Positions 30,743 through 40,823 of a stretch of DNA of 64,000 bases are shown piece by piece. A program made the position numbers and the translations under genes. Below the pieces are notes generated by a model, which did no database searches, was not told the origin of the DNA, and worked only from the letters and a program-made list of their open reading frames with translations. This stretch comes from Dehalococcoidia bacterium (GTDB lineage Bacteria; Chloroflexota; Dehalococcoidia; SZUA-161; SpSt-899): positions 18,362 through 82,361 of the forward strand of contig JAWOBB010000041.1 of the NCBI GenBank assembly GCA_046498265.1, given 5' to 3'. Each line of letters begins with the position of its first letter. The stretch's first letter is position 1.

Positions 30743-31444
30743 TTAACTTGCGATAGAGCGGAGGTCCAGTTTTATGCCCGGTCCCATAGAGGTTGCCAGT
30801 GATATTCCCTGTATATACTGGCCCTTTGCTCCGCTGGGTTTAGCGCTTACTATCGCTTCATATACTGACATCAGGTTCTCTACCAGCATATCATCCGAAA
30901 AACTTACTTTCCCTATTGGTAGATGAATCAGTGCAGTTCGATCCAGCTTGAACTCAACCCTTCCGGCCCGCACTTCATCGATAACCCTGGGCAAATCCTC
31001 GGGATTGGCAACAGTCCCTGATTTCGGATTGGGCATGAGCCCCCGGCGTCCCAGAATCTTGCCCAGCTTTCCGATTTTGGGCATCATATCGGGCGTAGCC
31101 ACGGCTACGTCAAATTCGAGCCAGCCGCCCTCTATCTGCTTAATTACGTCATCAGCACCGACATAATCGGCACCGGCCTCTCTGGCAATCCGCTCACCCT
31201 CACCCTGAGTGAAAACCAGAACAGTAACTTTCTTGCCCAGACCATGAGGAAGCGAGGCTACTCCTCGTACCTGCTGGTCGGCATGGCGGGGATTAACCCC
31301 CATGCGAAAGTGCAGCTCCACCGTTTCATCGAACTTGGCAAAGGAGGCCTTTCTGGCCATGTCCACCGCCTCCTGCGGGGTGTAGCGTTTTTCCTCTTCG
31401 ATAACTTCGCTTGCCTGCTGGTATTTTTTGCCGTGTTTTGCCAT
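30743..31444 (-). CDS. rplA: 50S ribosomal protein L1
   Basis: Start at MAKHGKKYQQA (track ORF begins 51 nt upstream). Confidence 0.95.
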   Translation of the reverse strand: MAKHGKKYQQASEVIEEEKRYTPQEAVDMARKASFAKFDETVELHFRMGVNPRHADQQVRGVASLPHGLGKKVTVLVFTQGEGERIAREAGADYVGADDVIKQIEGGWLEFDVAVATPDMMPKIGKLGKILGRRGLMPNPKSGTVANPEDLPRVIDEVRAGRVEFKLDRTALIHLPIGKVSFSDDMLVENLMSVYEAIVSAKPSGAKGQYIQGISLATSMGPGIKLDLRSIAS

Positions 31445-31460
31445 TATTCTATAACCTGCT

Positions 31461-31889
31461 CTATCCCACGACCTCAATTCCCATACTTCGGGCACTGCCC
31501 TCCACTATCCGCATGGCGCCTTCCATATCCGTTGCGTTGAGGTCATTAATTTTCGCGCTGGCAATTTCCCCTATCTTATCCCGGGTCAGCTTTGCCGCCA
31601 CGTTCATCTTCACGTCACCGCTACCTTTCTCTATGCCCGCTGCCTTTTTCAATAATTCAGAGACCGGCGGTGTCTTGGTGACGAAAGAAAAAGAGTTATC
31701 CTCATAGATAGTGATTTCAGCGGGAATAACCGTACCTGCCTGAGATGCGGTACGTTCATTATACTCCTTGCAGAACCCCATAATATTGACGCCATGCTGA
31801 CCCAGGGAAGGGCCCACCGGCGGTGCAGGAGTGGCGTTACCCGCTGGTAGCTGAATGGTCAAGGTCGCTTTTATTTTCTTTTTCTTTGC
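31461..31889 (-). CDS. rplK: 50S ribosomal protein L11
   Basis: Start at [36 protein letters not shown] (track ORF starts 60 nt upstream). Confidence 0.95.
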   Translation of the reverse strand, partial: AKKKKIKATLTIQLPAGNATPAPPVGPSLGQHGVNIMGFCKEYNERTASQAGTVIPAEITIYEDNSFSFVTKTPPVSELLKKAAGIEKGSGDVKMNVAAKLTRDKIGEIASAKINDLNATDMEGAMRIVEGSARSMGIEVVG

Positions 31890-31896
31890 CATAATT

Positions 31897-32430
31897 TTAA
31901 ATTCTCTCCACCTGGGAGAGGTCGAGGTCGATGGGAGTCTCCCTGCCAAAGAAAGACACCATCAGCCTCACTTTCCCTTTCTCCAGGTTTATCTCGTCCA
32001 CCGTGCCAATAAATTCAGAAAACGGACCGTCAATGATGCGGATATTATCCCCTTCAGCAAAACCGAGTTTTATCTTGGGAGTTGTCGATTCAATCCGGCT
32101 CATGATATGGTCTACTTCTTCCTCCTCCAGCGGAACCGGCATGGTGCCCGATGCTACGAATCCGGTAACACCGGGAGTATTACGAACTACGTACCAGCTT
32201 TCCTCATCCAGTTCCATCTGAACCAGGATATACCCCGGCAGCGTCTTTCGCGATACTGTTTTCCTTTCTCCTCCCTTGATTTCAATTTCGTCTTCTTTAG
32301 GCACCACAACCTGAAAGATCTTATCTTTCATATCCATGGAAGCAATACGCATCTCCAGGTTGCTCTTGGTACGCTCCTCATATCCAGAATAGGTGTGAAG
32401 CACGTACCATTGCTTTTTGATTTCTTCCAT
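31897..32430 (-). CDS. nusG: Transcription termination/antitermination factor NusG
   Basis: 177 aa with NGN and KOW domains. Confidence 0.95.
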   Translation of the reverse strand: MEEIKKQWYVLHTYSGYEERTKSNLEMRIASMDMKDKIFQVVVPKEDEIEIKGGERKTVSRKTLPGYILVQMELDEESWYVVRNTPGVTGFVASGTMPVPLEEEEVDHIMSRIESTTPKIKLGFAEGDNIRIIDGPFSEFIGTVDEINLEKGKVRLMVSFFGRETPIDLDLSQVERI

Positions 32431-32435
32431 GTTTC

Positions 32436-32648
32436 TTAATCGAGAAGAATTAACTCAACGAGCTCAGTGAAGATCGTGTCGATTCCCCACAGGATAAGCG
32501 ATGCTATTCCTGTTACGACAAGTACGATTCCTGTTAACCGAATGGCTTCTTGCCTTGATGGCCAGGCTACCTTCCTGAGCTCTCCGATAACCCCTTGAAC
32601 AAGATTCGCCCCGGGTATTCGTCGCTTACTTTCCGCCTGTGCCTTCAA
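32436..32648 (-). CDS. secE: Preprotein translocase subunit SecE
   Basis: 70 aa with a single C-terminal TM helix; canonical position between rpmG and nusG. Confidence 0.85.
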   Translation of the reverse strand: MKAQAESKRRIPGANLVQGVIGELRKVAWPSRQEAIRLTGIVLVVTGIASLILWGIDTIFTELVELILLD

Positions 32649-32659
32649 AAATCCCGCTC

Positions 32660-32830
32660 CTTATTTAACCTCGCGGTGTGGCACATGTGCCCGGCAGCGG
32701 GGACAATACTTGGTGAGCTCAATTCGCCCCGGGTCGTTCCTTTTATTCTTGGTTGTTGTATAAGTCCTCTCCTTGCACTGGGTACAAGCAAGATGAATCA
32801 CTATACGGGCCTCTCCCTTCTTCTTTGCCA
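32660..32830 (-). CDS. rpmG: 50S ribosomal protein L33
   Basis: Not in the ORF track (under 60 aa). Minus-strand [59 protein letters not shown] (56 aa) with the CxxC...CxxC zinc ribbon. Confidence 0.85.
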
Positions 32831-32861
32831 TCTATTCGATTCCTGAACAGCCGGTAAGTTG

Positions 32862-34067
32862 TTATTCTTCGATGCTGGTAATAACGCCGGAACCTACCGT
32901 TTTGCCCCCTTCTCTAATTGCAAATCTAACACCTTCCTCAAGGGCCACTGGCGTTATCAGCTTGACCTTCATTTGAACGTTATCACCGGGCAGGGCCATC
33001 TCCACCCCGCTGGGTAAGTTAAGCTCTCCAGTGATGTCCATTGTCCTGATGTAAAACTGGGGCTTGTAGCCACTGAAGAAAGGAGTGTGCCTGCCCCCTT
33101 CTTCTTTGGTCAGTACATATACTTCACCATTAAAATTGGTATGAGGTTTTATCGAGCCGGGTTTTGCCAGCACCATACCCCGCTCGACATCGTCCCGTTC
33201 AATTCCGCGCAACAGACACCCCACAGCATCGCCAGGGAGAGCTTCCTCAAGGTTTTTATGGAACATCTCGATACCTGTTACCACCGTTTTACGGGTATCT
33301 CCCAGCCCGACTATCTCTATCTCTTCGTTGAGCTTGAGGGTTCCCCTTTCCACCCTGCCGGTAACCACGGTGCCGCGACCTTTTATGCTGAAAACGTCCT
33401 CAACAGGCATGATGAACGGTTTGTCGGCAGGTCTCTGTGGTAAAGGTATATAGTTATCAACCTGGTCCATCAACTCCAGGATGGGTCCGCACCATTGACA
33501 CTCCCTCTTGCCGCAGCCGCATTCCAGGGCCTTGAGTGCGCTCACACGCACGATAGGAGTTGTATCACCAGGAAACTCGTAATGTGGCAAAATATCTTCC
33601 CTGAGCTCCATCTCGGTTACTTCGAGCAACTCTTCATCCTCCACCATATCCACCTTGTTAAGGGCGATAATGATTGAGGGAACTTCCACCTGCCTGGCCA
33701 GAAGGAGATGCTCGCGGGTTTGAGGCATTGCACCATCATCTGCAGCAATAACCAGTATCGCTCCATCCATCTGAGCTGCGCCAGTGATCATATTCTTGAT
33801 ATAATCCGCATGGCCGGGACAGTCCACATGAGCATAGTGTCGATTCTCAGTTTCGTACTCAATATGTGCGATGGCAATGGTCAATCCCCGGGCCTTTTCC
33901 TCGGGGGCATTGTCGATGCTGTCAAATGCCCTGAAGTTCACCTTGGGATTGTTAGCCGCTAGAACCTTGGTTATGGCTGCAGTGAGAGTCGTCTTCCCAT
34001 GATCAACGTGACCGATCGTCCCTATATTAAGGTGCGGTTTACTGCGATCAAAAGTCTCTTTAGCCAT
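32862..34067 (-). CDS. tuf: Elongation factor Tu
   Basis: 401 aa with [17 protein letters not shown] and NKVD motifs; nearly identical to canonical EF-Tu. Confidence 0.97.
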   Translation of the reverse strand: MAKETFDRSKPHLNIGTIGHVDHGKTTLTAAITKVLAANNPKVNFRAFDSIDNAPEEKARGLTIAIAHIEYETENRHYAHVDCPGHADYIKNMITGAAQMDGAILVIAADDGAMPQTREHLLLARQVEVPSIIIALNKVDMVEDEELLEVTEMELREDILPHYEFPGDTTPIVRVSALKALECGCGKRECQWCGPILELMDQVDNYIPLPQRPADKPFIMPVEDVFSIKGRGTVVTGRVERGTLKLNEEIEIVGLGDTRKTVVTGIEMFHKNLEEALPGDAVGCLLRGIERDDVERGMVLAKPGSIKPHTNFNGEVYVLTKEEGGRHTPFFSGYKPQFYIRTMDITGELNLPSGVEMALPGDNVQMKVKLITPVALEEGVRFAIREGGKTVGSGVITSIEE

Positions 34068-34103
34068 ATTTCCTCCTTAAATTTTCAGTTCATTTAATTC
34101 GAA

Positions 34104-34178
34104 TGGAGCCCACAGCCAGACTTGAACTGGCGACCCCGTTCTTACCAAGAACGTGCTCTACCACTGAGCTATGTGGGC
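34104..34178 (-). tRNA. tRNA-Thr (anticodon GGT)
   Basis: 75-nt cloverleaf gcccacatagctcagtggtagagcacgttcttggtaagaacggggtcgccagttcaagtctggctgtgggctcca; anticodon loop tt-GGT-aa; CCA encoded. Lies immediately upstream of tuf, as E. coli thrT-tufB. Confidence 0.85.
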
Positions 34179-34181
34179 GAG

Positions 34182-34267
34182 TGGTGGAGGGGGCAGGATT
34201 CGAACCTGCGTAGCCTTCCGGCGGCAGATTTACAGTCTGCTGGTATTAACCGCTCACCCACCCCTCC
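34182..34267 (-). tRNA. tRNA-Tyr (anticodon GTA)
   Basis: 86 nt with a long variable arm; anticodon loop ct-GTA-aa; CCA encoded. Confidence 0.85.
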
Positions 34268-34273
34268 GGGAAG

Positions 34274-34346
34274 AGCCCGAGAGGGGACTCGAACCCTCTA
34301 ACCTGCCGATTACAAGTCGGCTGCGCTACCATTGCGCCACTCGGGC
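34274..34346 (-). tRNA. tRNA-Thr (anticodon TGT)
   Basis: 73 nt, gcccgagtggcgcaatggtagcgcagccgacttgtaatcggcaggttagagggttcgagtcccctctcgggct; anticodon loop ct-TGT-aa; no encoded CCA. Confidence 0.8.
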
Positions 34347-34367
34347 GCAGATTACCCACGAAAGAGT

Positions 34368-34396
34368 AGTATAAACTGAGTCTATGGGAAAGTCAA
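34368..34396 (-). promoter_or_regulatory. Sigma-70-type promoter for the tRNA-tuf-rpmG-secE-nusG-rplKAJL transcription unit
   Basis: On the minus strand, TTGACT-N17-TATACT lies about 25 nt upstream of the first tRNA. Confidence 0.45.
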
Positions 34397-34526
34397 GAAT
34401 TTTATACTATTACTCACTTTAAGGCCTCCGGCAGTTCCGCCAGCCATGCATTACAGGAAGCCTGACCCACCGCCGGCCCCGATCCCCCACCCAGTTCAAC
34501 ATGAGTATTTTACAGGGATATTTATT

Positions 34527-35060
34527 TTATTCATACCTCCTGACCTCAAAACGAAAGAGTTTGGCCGGTTCATCAAGGAAAATACCCGCTTTACTGCGAG
34601 CAATATCTATCTGTTGGGCGACGCTATTAACTCCGGGGAGATCGGGCAGCAGGATTCCCTTTTTGTTTCCCGCTACCACCAGCACACCGTATTTGACAGG
34701 ATCGAGCTCGGATTCTCTTTCGACGGGTTCGGGGGTGGTCAGAATATCAACTTTATAAGTAAGCTCCGGGAGCTCCTCCTCGGATACCGGGCCGGGATCG
34801 GGGAAAAAACGGTAATCGCGAGTTGCCGACGCCACAGCATTGCGAATAATCTCCTGCGCCACGTTGGGTTGCGTAGGCTCAAAGGTGCCGATACAGCCCC
34901 TTAGCTGCCCGTGTTTATGGATGGAAACAAAAACGCCAGCCCTTTCCGCCATCTCGGGCGTTTCCATCCTCGGATGCGGCGTCTCTTTATCCCGAACCAC
35001 CATTTCCACAGTCTCTTTAGCCAGTTTTACGACAGGATGTAACTTGCCTTCTTCCATCAT
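34527..35060 (-). CDS. AMMECR1-domain protein (AmmeMemoRadiSam system protein A)
   Basis: 177 aa with the AMMECR1 hallmark LRGCIGTFEPTQP; 4-nt overlap with the Memo-like gene. Confidence 0.85.
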   Translation of the reverse strand: MMEEGKLHPVVKLAKETVEMVVRDKETPHPRMETPEMAERAGVFVSIHKHGQLRGCIGTFEPTQPNVAQEIIRNAVASATRDYRFFPDPGPVSEEELPELTYKVDILTTPEPVERESELDPVKYGVLVVAGNKKGILLPDLPGVNSVAQQIDIARSKAGIFLDEPAKLFRFEVRRYE

Positions 35061-35860
35061 TTTATAATCACCCCCGCATATCCGACTACGCCGCCGTAGT
35101 CACCCGTGACATCCCCGCTGGTCTGATATCTAACCAGCTCTGCTTCCCTCGCCCCAAGCTCTTTGGCCGCAGAGATGAGAGAGACCACCGGCCCGTATCC
35201 GCACATAGTTATATTGAATTCCCTGATTCGCCCCAGCAACTCGTCCTCAGCCAAATCAAGAATGGCCTCGATGGCTTTCATATCTTTTGTCCGGGCGCTT
35301 TCCTGCGGCTCATAGTGGGTCATATCGCTGCTGGCCATAATCACCACTTCCTGACCGCTTTCCTTAACGGCCCTGGCAATACTTTTGCCTATTTCCTTAT
35401 AGAATTCACCGCCGGAATGGGAAAGCACAATGGGCACAATCTTAATATTCTCCCCCAGATACTGCAGGAAAGGCAATTGAACCTCTATTGAATGCTCATA
35501 ACGATGCGCTTCGGCATCCTCATCAAGATATTCGGAATTTTGCAGGATCAGCTTTCCCAGTTCGGCATCGATTTGTACTTCACCGAGCGGAGTCTCCCAG
35601 TTTTCCCCGGTCATAATGGCGAAAGGAGAGCCCATACCCGTATGGTTTGGCCCCATAATCACGAAGGTACCCGCCGGTTCTATTCTCGAAAGGGTGGCTC
35701 CGGCCACCGGTCCGGAAAACGAGTAGCCGGCATGAGGGGAAATCAGGCCAATAACTTTTTCTCTGGAAACCTGGGGATCCATCATCCGTTCGATTTCAGC
35801 CAGCAACGCCCCGGCTGAACCCGGATAGAACCTTCCCGCTACCACCGGCTTTCTGGCCAT
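35057..35860 (-). CDS. Memo1-like protein (AmmeMemoRadiSam system protein B)
   Basis: Begins MARKPVVAGRFYPGSAGALL...LISPHAGYSFSGPVAG, the defining N-terminal signature of the Memo/AmmeMemoRadiSam-B family. Confidence 0.85.
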   Translation of the reverse strand: MARKPVVAGRFYPGSAGALLAEIERMMDPQVSREKVIGLISPHAGYSFSGPVAGATLSRIEPAGTFVIMGPNHTGMGSPFAIMTGENWETPLGEVQIDAELGKLILQNSEYLDEDAEAHRYEHSIEVQLPFLQYLGENIKIVPIVLSHSGGEFYKEIGKSIARAVKESGQEVVIMASSDMTHYEPQESARTKDMKAIEAILDLAEDELLGRIREFNITMCGYGPVVSLISAAKELGAREAELVRYQTSGDVTGDYGGVVGYAGVIIK

Positions 35861-35874
35861 GGTTCACCTCCTCT

Positions 35875-36885
35875 CTAAATCCTGAAGTTGAGTTCCGTGC
35901 CGCAATATTTGCACCTGGAACCGTCGAGTCCAACCACTCTGATGTGATAACCCACCCGTTCCACTACGAGATTGCCGCAGGAATAGCAAACTGTATTTTC
36001 ACCCGCACTCCCGGGCACATTGCCGATATAGACATAGCGCAGCCCTGCCTCCTTTCCGATTTCCATGGCAGTTTCCAGGGTCTGAAGGGGAGTTGAAGGG
36101 ACTTGTTTCATTCTGTACATGGGATGGAAGCGGCTGATATGCCAGGGCGTATCTACACCAAGTTCGTTGACTATGAAATCCACCGCCTGGTGCAATTCTT
36201 CAGGGGCATCATTGATTCCGGGGATTACCAGAGTGGTCACCTCCAGGAAAACCCCATAACCTTTAAGCGCTTTCAGGTTATCCAGAATCGGCTGGAGTGC
36301 ACCCCCAACATACTTATGATAGGTCTCTTCCCGGAACGCTTTCAGATCAACGTTAATAGCGTCGAGCAGGGGATGGAAAAACTCCAGCATCCGGCTGCTC
36401 ATATAACCATTGCTTACATATACGTTAGACAGGCCGGCTTCGTGAGCCAGATGAGCAGTTTCATAGGTATACTCAAAAAAAATGGTTGGTTCAGTATAGG
36501 TATAAGAGATACTTCGACACCCGCTTTGTTTAGCGGCAGCCACAATTTCCTCGGGAGATGCTTCTATCCCGGCCACCAGATCCCGCTCCCGGGGCATCTG
36601 GGAAATATCCGCATTCTGGCACCAGTCGCAATGAAAATTGCATCCGGGAGTAGCAATCGAATAAGAAGTGGTACCGGGCTGGAAATGAAAGAGGGGCTTC
36701 TTTTCAATGGGGTCTACGTTGCGAGCGATGGTTCTTCCATAGACAAGGGTGTACAGAATACCATCCTGATTTTCCCGCACATAGCAGATTCCCTTCTTGC
36801 CCTCTGCAATTTTACAATGATGGGCACACAGATCACAGCGCACCTTATTATCAGGGAGCTTCTCATAGAGCATAGCCTCGCGCAT
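35875..36885 (-). CDS. AmmeMemoRadiSam system radical SAM enzyme
   Basis: N-terminal Cys motif VRCDLCAHHCKIAEGKKGIC, canonical radical-SAM CNFHCDWC, and a C-terminal Cys-rich tail. Confidence 0.85.
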   Translation of the reverse strand: MREAMLYEKLPDNKVRCDLCAHHCKIAEGKKGICYVRENQDGILYTLVYGRTIARNVDPIEKKPLFHFQPGTTSYSIATPGCNFHCDWCQNADISQMPRERDLVAGIEASPEEIVAAAKQSGCRSISYTYTEPTIFFEYTYETAHLAHEAGLSNVYVSNGYMSSRMLEFFHPLLDAINVDLKAFREETYHKYVGGALQPILDNLKALKGYGVFLEVTTLVIPGINDAPEELHQAVDFIVNELGVDTPWHISRFHPMYRMKQVPSTPLQTLETAMEIGKEAGLRYVYIGNVPGSAGENTVCYSCGNLVVERVGYHIRVVGLDGSRCKYCGTELNFRI

Positions 36886-36942
36886 ACAAACCTCTTCTCC
36901 AGATAAATTCAGGAGTTCAACAGGGTCGCATCGATAACCTGG

Positions 36943-38085
36943 TTATGCCTTACCCTGGGCCATCTGCAATTGCTTACCCTCGGTCTTTATGGCTGGAGCA
37001 ATTACCAGTTCGATTTGACGGTATGCTTCGAGATTTTGAGCCCCGCACATCCCCATACTTGTGCGAAGCGCCCCTACGAGATTCTGGGTTCCGCCGGTGA
37101 CGGTGGCCGGACCGAAGAGGGTTTGCTCCAGAGTGCTGTTTTGAGGAACCTTAACCCTCACTCCCCTCGGCAAGCCGGCATGAGGGGTAGCCATCCCCCA
37201 GTGATACCCCCTGCCGGGAGCCTCGGCAGTTTGCACCATGATCGAGCCCAGCATTACAGCATCAGCTCCACAGGCAAACGATTTACAGACATCCCCGCCG
37301 GCGCGAATGCCCCCATCAGTGATGATGGAAACATAATTACCGGTATCACGAAAATAATCGTCCCTGGCAGCGGCGCATTCCAGCGTGGCCGTTGCCTGGG
37401 GTACCCCGACACCGAGAACCTCCCTTGAAGTGCAGGCTGCCCCCGGCCCTATCCCTATCAGCAAAGCAGTTACACCGGTCTCCATCAAGGCACGGGCCGC
37501 ACTGTACGTAACGCAGTTACCAACAATGATAGGAACCGAAATCCACTCACGAAGTTCGGAAAAAACGAGCCCTCGTTCGCTCTTGGAAATATGCCTGGCG
37601 CTGGTAACTGTTGATTGAACTACCAGTACATCCATTCCTGCTTCTTGAGCAAGCGGGGATAAACGCTTGGTAAGAGCCGGTGTCAAAGATACTGCCGCAA
37701 CTCCGCCCCCTTCCTTGATTGCTTTTATCCGATCACCCACCAGGTTATCCTTAATCGGTTGAGAATAGAGTTTCTGCATCAAGGGAGTAACTTCCTCATC
37801 ACCAGCAGCAGCGATTTCCGCCAGACACTCATCCGGATCTTCATAGCGGGTTTGCAGCCCTTCCAGATTGAGCACAGCCAGGCCGCCGAGTTTACTCATA
37901 GAAATTGCAAAGTTGACATCAACTACGGCATCCATAGCAGCCGCCATGATAGGGATATCAAAATGGAGTTCGCCTAGATCGAGGCCAATATCGGTCTGCT
38001 CGGGATTAATGGTGACATTCCCAGGAACAAGGGCTATATCCTCAAAACCGTAGGCATGGCGCAAAGTTCGACGTTCCTGGCTCAA
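36943..38085 (-). CDS. IMP dehydrogenase/GMP reductase-family protein lacking the CBS pair (GuaB3-like)
   Basis: 380-aa TIM barrel with IMPDH active-site loop IGIGPGAACTSREVLGVGVPQ; no CBS insertion. Confidence 0.7.
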   Translation of the reverse strand: MSQERRTLRHAYGFEDIALVPGNVTINPEQTDIGLDLGELHFDIPIMAAAMDAVVDVNFAISMSKLGGLAVLNLEGLQTRYEDPDECLAEIAAAGDEEVTPLMQKLYSQPIKDNLVGDRIKAIKEGGGVAAVSLTPALTKRLSPLAQEAGMDVLVVQSTVTSARHISKSERGLVFSELREWISVPIIVGNCVTYSAARALMETGVTALLIGIGPGAACTSREVLGVGVPQATATLECAAARDDYFRDTGNYVSIITDGGIRAGGDVCKSFACGADAVMLGSIMVQTAEAPGRGYHWGMATPHAGLPRGVRVKVPQNSTLEQTLFGPATVTGGTQNLVGALRTSMGMCGAQNLEAYRQIELVIAPAIKTEGKQLQMAQGKA

Positions 38086-38153
38086 AATACACCTCTTTCT
38101 TATTTTGATTTATCTATAATTATAGGGAACTTTAGCAGAGCCTGCAATCAAAG

Positions 38154-38891
38154 TCAATCCACCATCTGCCCCATCGGAACAAGCCTGACCTGGCCCCAGG
38201 CACCCATCCTGTCATCTTTGATGATCAGAATTCCTTTCAGGGAATCAATACCTTGCGCCAGCTCTATTCCTTTCTCAATATCCCCCAACTCTTTGACGAC
38301 GTTACCGGCAGCAGTAGCCACGGCATCGGCCAGCGCCGCCGATTGGGCCAGAACAATCACGGCATCAGCTTTGCCCAAACTTAGAGAATGGCCCACGGTT
38401 CCTGAGGAAGTGCAAATTCCCATAGGCGTTTGGTCGGGTTCGATCTCCAGGGCAAGCCTGCCGCTCAAAGGAGAATCACCGGCATAAATACCAACTGTAC
38501 GTTTTCGTTTGGTCTGAAGAAAGATATCCCCTCCGTTTTCAACGATCAACTCCAATGAGAAGGGTAAAAGCTCTTTCCCCACCGCTTCGGCGATGGCCCC
38601 GGCTACCGCCGCCATTGGCCCAAGTGAAACCGCTTCTGTGACACGGGACATTTCTTTAACAATCAACGGAGCATCATCCTGCACAGCGATTGGCCCAAGA
38701 GAGGTAAGAAACAAAGGATTTCGGGCGATGTATCCTTCAATGGCCCCTCGATATTTGTCAACCACCTTTTTTGCCTTTCGCCTCAGGTTGCGGCGGGCAC
38801 GGATACGCAGGTCAGTTTCTCCGACGGCCACATCAAAAGAAACCAGGTCAGTATCCTTAACCCAGTGGCGATAGGTTCGCGGCTGATACAT
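38154..38891 (-). CDS. UPF0280 / ApbE-like family protein (COG2122-like, putative)
   Basis: 245 aa. Assignment rests on recalled resemblance to archaeal UPF0280 proteins and on its position next to the DUF39 / NIL-ferredoxin pair. Confidence 0.4.
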   Translation of the reverse strand: MYQPRTYRHWVKDTDLVSFDVAVGETDLRIRARRNLRRKAKKVVDKYRGAIEGYIARNPLFLTSLGPIAVQDDAPLIVKEMSRVTEAVSLGPMAAVAGAIAEAVGKELLPFSLELIVENGGDIFLQTKRKRTVGIYAGDSPLSGRLALEIEPDQTPMGICTSSGTVGHSLSLGKADAVIVLAQSAALADAVATAAGNVVKELGDIEKGIELAQGIDSLKGILIIKDDRMGAWGQVRLVPMGQMVD

Positions 38892-39013
38892 GCAGTGCTT
38901 ATCCCACGAAAATTAAAACAGTAGAAATGAAGAGTACTGTCCGTTGCGGTTGGACAGATCGTATCAGGATTCCGGTATTACCGGGATTGCCCGACGCTTA
39001 TCTCCCAGGATAC

Positions 39014-39424
39014 TTAGAAGCGTATCTCCATGGCCCGGGGCGGACAGGCAGGGACGCATATGCCACAGGCCAGGCACTTATCTTCCTTGAAATCCACCCG
39101 CCTCGTTTCGTGATCAACCACCAATGCACCCGCCGGGCAAATTGCCACGCAAGCGCCACAGTGAGTACACCTTTCTTCGTTGCGGATTATATCCTGGCTT
39201 AACGGCTGAATGCCCACACCCGTTTCCGCCAGGTAATCCATGCCCTTTTTGTAATCCCGGGATTTGCCGCTTAATTCCACCACCAGCACCCCTTCCTCTT
39301 TCGGAGTGACTGAGGCCTTCAGAATGTTGAAATCGATATTAAACTCCCTGGCCAGCCGGCACAGAATCGGCTGATCCACCAGTGAGCGGGGGAAATGCAA
39401 AACTACTCTCCTGGTTACCGGCAC
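39014..39424 (-). CDS. NIL-domain / 4Fe-4S ferredoxin fusion protein (MA1822-type)
   Basis: N-terminal NIL-like domain followed by two CxxCxxCxxxCP motifs (CTHCGACVAICP, CLACGICVPACP). Confidence 0.75.
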   Translation of the reverse strand: MPVTRRVVLHFPRSLVDQPILCRLAREFNIDFNILKASVTPKEEGVLVVELSGKSRDYKKGMDYLAETGVGIQPLSQDIIRNEERCTHCGACVAICPAGALVVDHETRRVDFKEDKCLACGICVPACPPRAMEIRF

Positions 39425-39519
39425 ATCAATACCCCTTTACTCTCAATTTAGCAAAAACACTGCCAGGTTGAACTGCCCGGAAATCACTCACTCTACTTCA
39501 GATATATCTCTTCCCCGGT

Positions 39520-40737
39520 TCAACTCTCATCCTGCTTCGGGGGCCTTTCCTTAAGCGACTTGAACTCTATACCGGCTTCGAGACCCGGGATGGGAGCTAC
39601 CGGTTCGGTAAGCAGGAAATCGCCCTTTTGAATCCAATCCTTTAAGGTATCGGCTATCTCCTTCGCCTTGTAGTAACTCGAAAGGGAAGCGGTGGGAGTT
39701 TCCTTCCCGGATACCTGTATCTTCCCGCTTTTAAGTTCGGCATAATTCACTTCGCCCAGAATATCCGGCAGGCATTGCGGAAATGCCTTCGAATAATCCA
39801 CTATGGGAGCAAAAATTTCTTCGTCCCTGACTGAAACATGGCGCAATATATCTTCGGAAAGGACAGGTATAGGGACACCGATCCCCACGGTCAGGCTGGC
39901 GCCATAACCAAGCATGCTGGTACCTATCAGCCATCCCGGCTTCATCTGCTTTAGATTGCCAATAACCGCCAGAGTCCCAGCCGCCCTCGTGGGTACCCCA
40001 TTCTCACCCCGGGGCACATCCGGGTGATGCTGGGTACCATGCCAGGCAACATAACCTATCCCACCGCCAAGGAATATTTTCGTCCCGATACCGATGGTCT
40101 GGTAATGCGGATCGTTGAGCAGCGGGGAAAGCTGCCCCGAAGTGGAGTAATTGGCATTGCCGCAATTGGGTTTGAGTACCCCCATGTAAGTGTAAAGTGT
40201 CTTCTCCGAAAGATTTACGGCTACACTGTAATTCTGACTGGCATTACGTATATTGAAAAGGGTGGCTTCATTCATATCCTCGAGCCGGACCAGGGTTTCA
40301 ATCTTCTTCCTGGGGTAGCAATCCGTTCCATAAGCGGCCACCGCCAGCCTCAAATCCCTGCCCGCCAGCAAATCCTCGATGACATGCCCGCCACCGTAGT
40401 CGAAATGGCCCGGATGAACCTTGTTACGAGGGTCGTCATCGGGAAGGGCAGTGGCCCCGAGAAAAACGTCCACCGCGGCAATCCCGGTGTAAACCGGCAC
40501 ATCGTTCAAGGTGGCCCGGCCACCGCCGGCCTTCAATCGGGGGGATGTGTGCCCCAAATTCAGAAAAACCCCGGAGGAACACATCGGGCCGAACGTGCCG
40601 GTGGTCACCACATCGATTTCCTCAGCCGCCTTCTCAACACCTTTTTCCTCGACGATGCCGATGATCTCCTCGGCGTTTACCACCACTGCCCGGCCTTTGC
40701 CAATCTTCTCGTTGATTTCAGCAACCGTCCTGTTCAT
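39520..40737 (-). CDS. DUF39 (COG1900) homocysteine-biosynthesis protein (MA1821-type), no CBS pair
   Basis: 405 aa; DUF39-like conserved blocks (e.g. VVTTGTFGPMCSSG); sits immediately upstream of the NIL-ferredoxin gene, as in methanogens. Confidence 0.7.
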   Translation of the reverse strand: MNRTVAEINEKIGKGRAVVVNAEEIIGIVEEKGVEKAAEEIDVVTTGTFGPMCSSGVFLNLGHTSPRLKAGGGRATLNDVPVYTGIAAVDVFLGATALPDDDPRNKVHPGHFDYGGGHVIEDLLAGRDLRLAVAAYGTDCYPRKKIETLVRLEDMNEATLFNIRNASQNYSVAVNLSEKTLYTYMGVLKPNCGNANYSTSGQLSPLLNDPHYQTIGIGTKIFLGGGIGYVAWHGTQHHPDVPRGENGVPTRAAGTLAVIGNLKQMKPGWLIGTSMLGYGASLTVGIGVPIPVLSEDILRHVSVRDEEIFAPIVDYSKAFPQCLPDILGEVNYAELKSGKIQVSGKETPTASLSSYYKAKEIADTLKDWIQKGDFLLTEPVAPIPGLEAGIEFKSLKERPPKQDES

Positions 40738-40823
40738 GGATGCAAACCTTATTTATACTACCGATTCCAGTATATGTTAATTAATATGCTTTTGTAAAAT
40801 TATTTATCAGGGAAATCTGAGTT

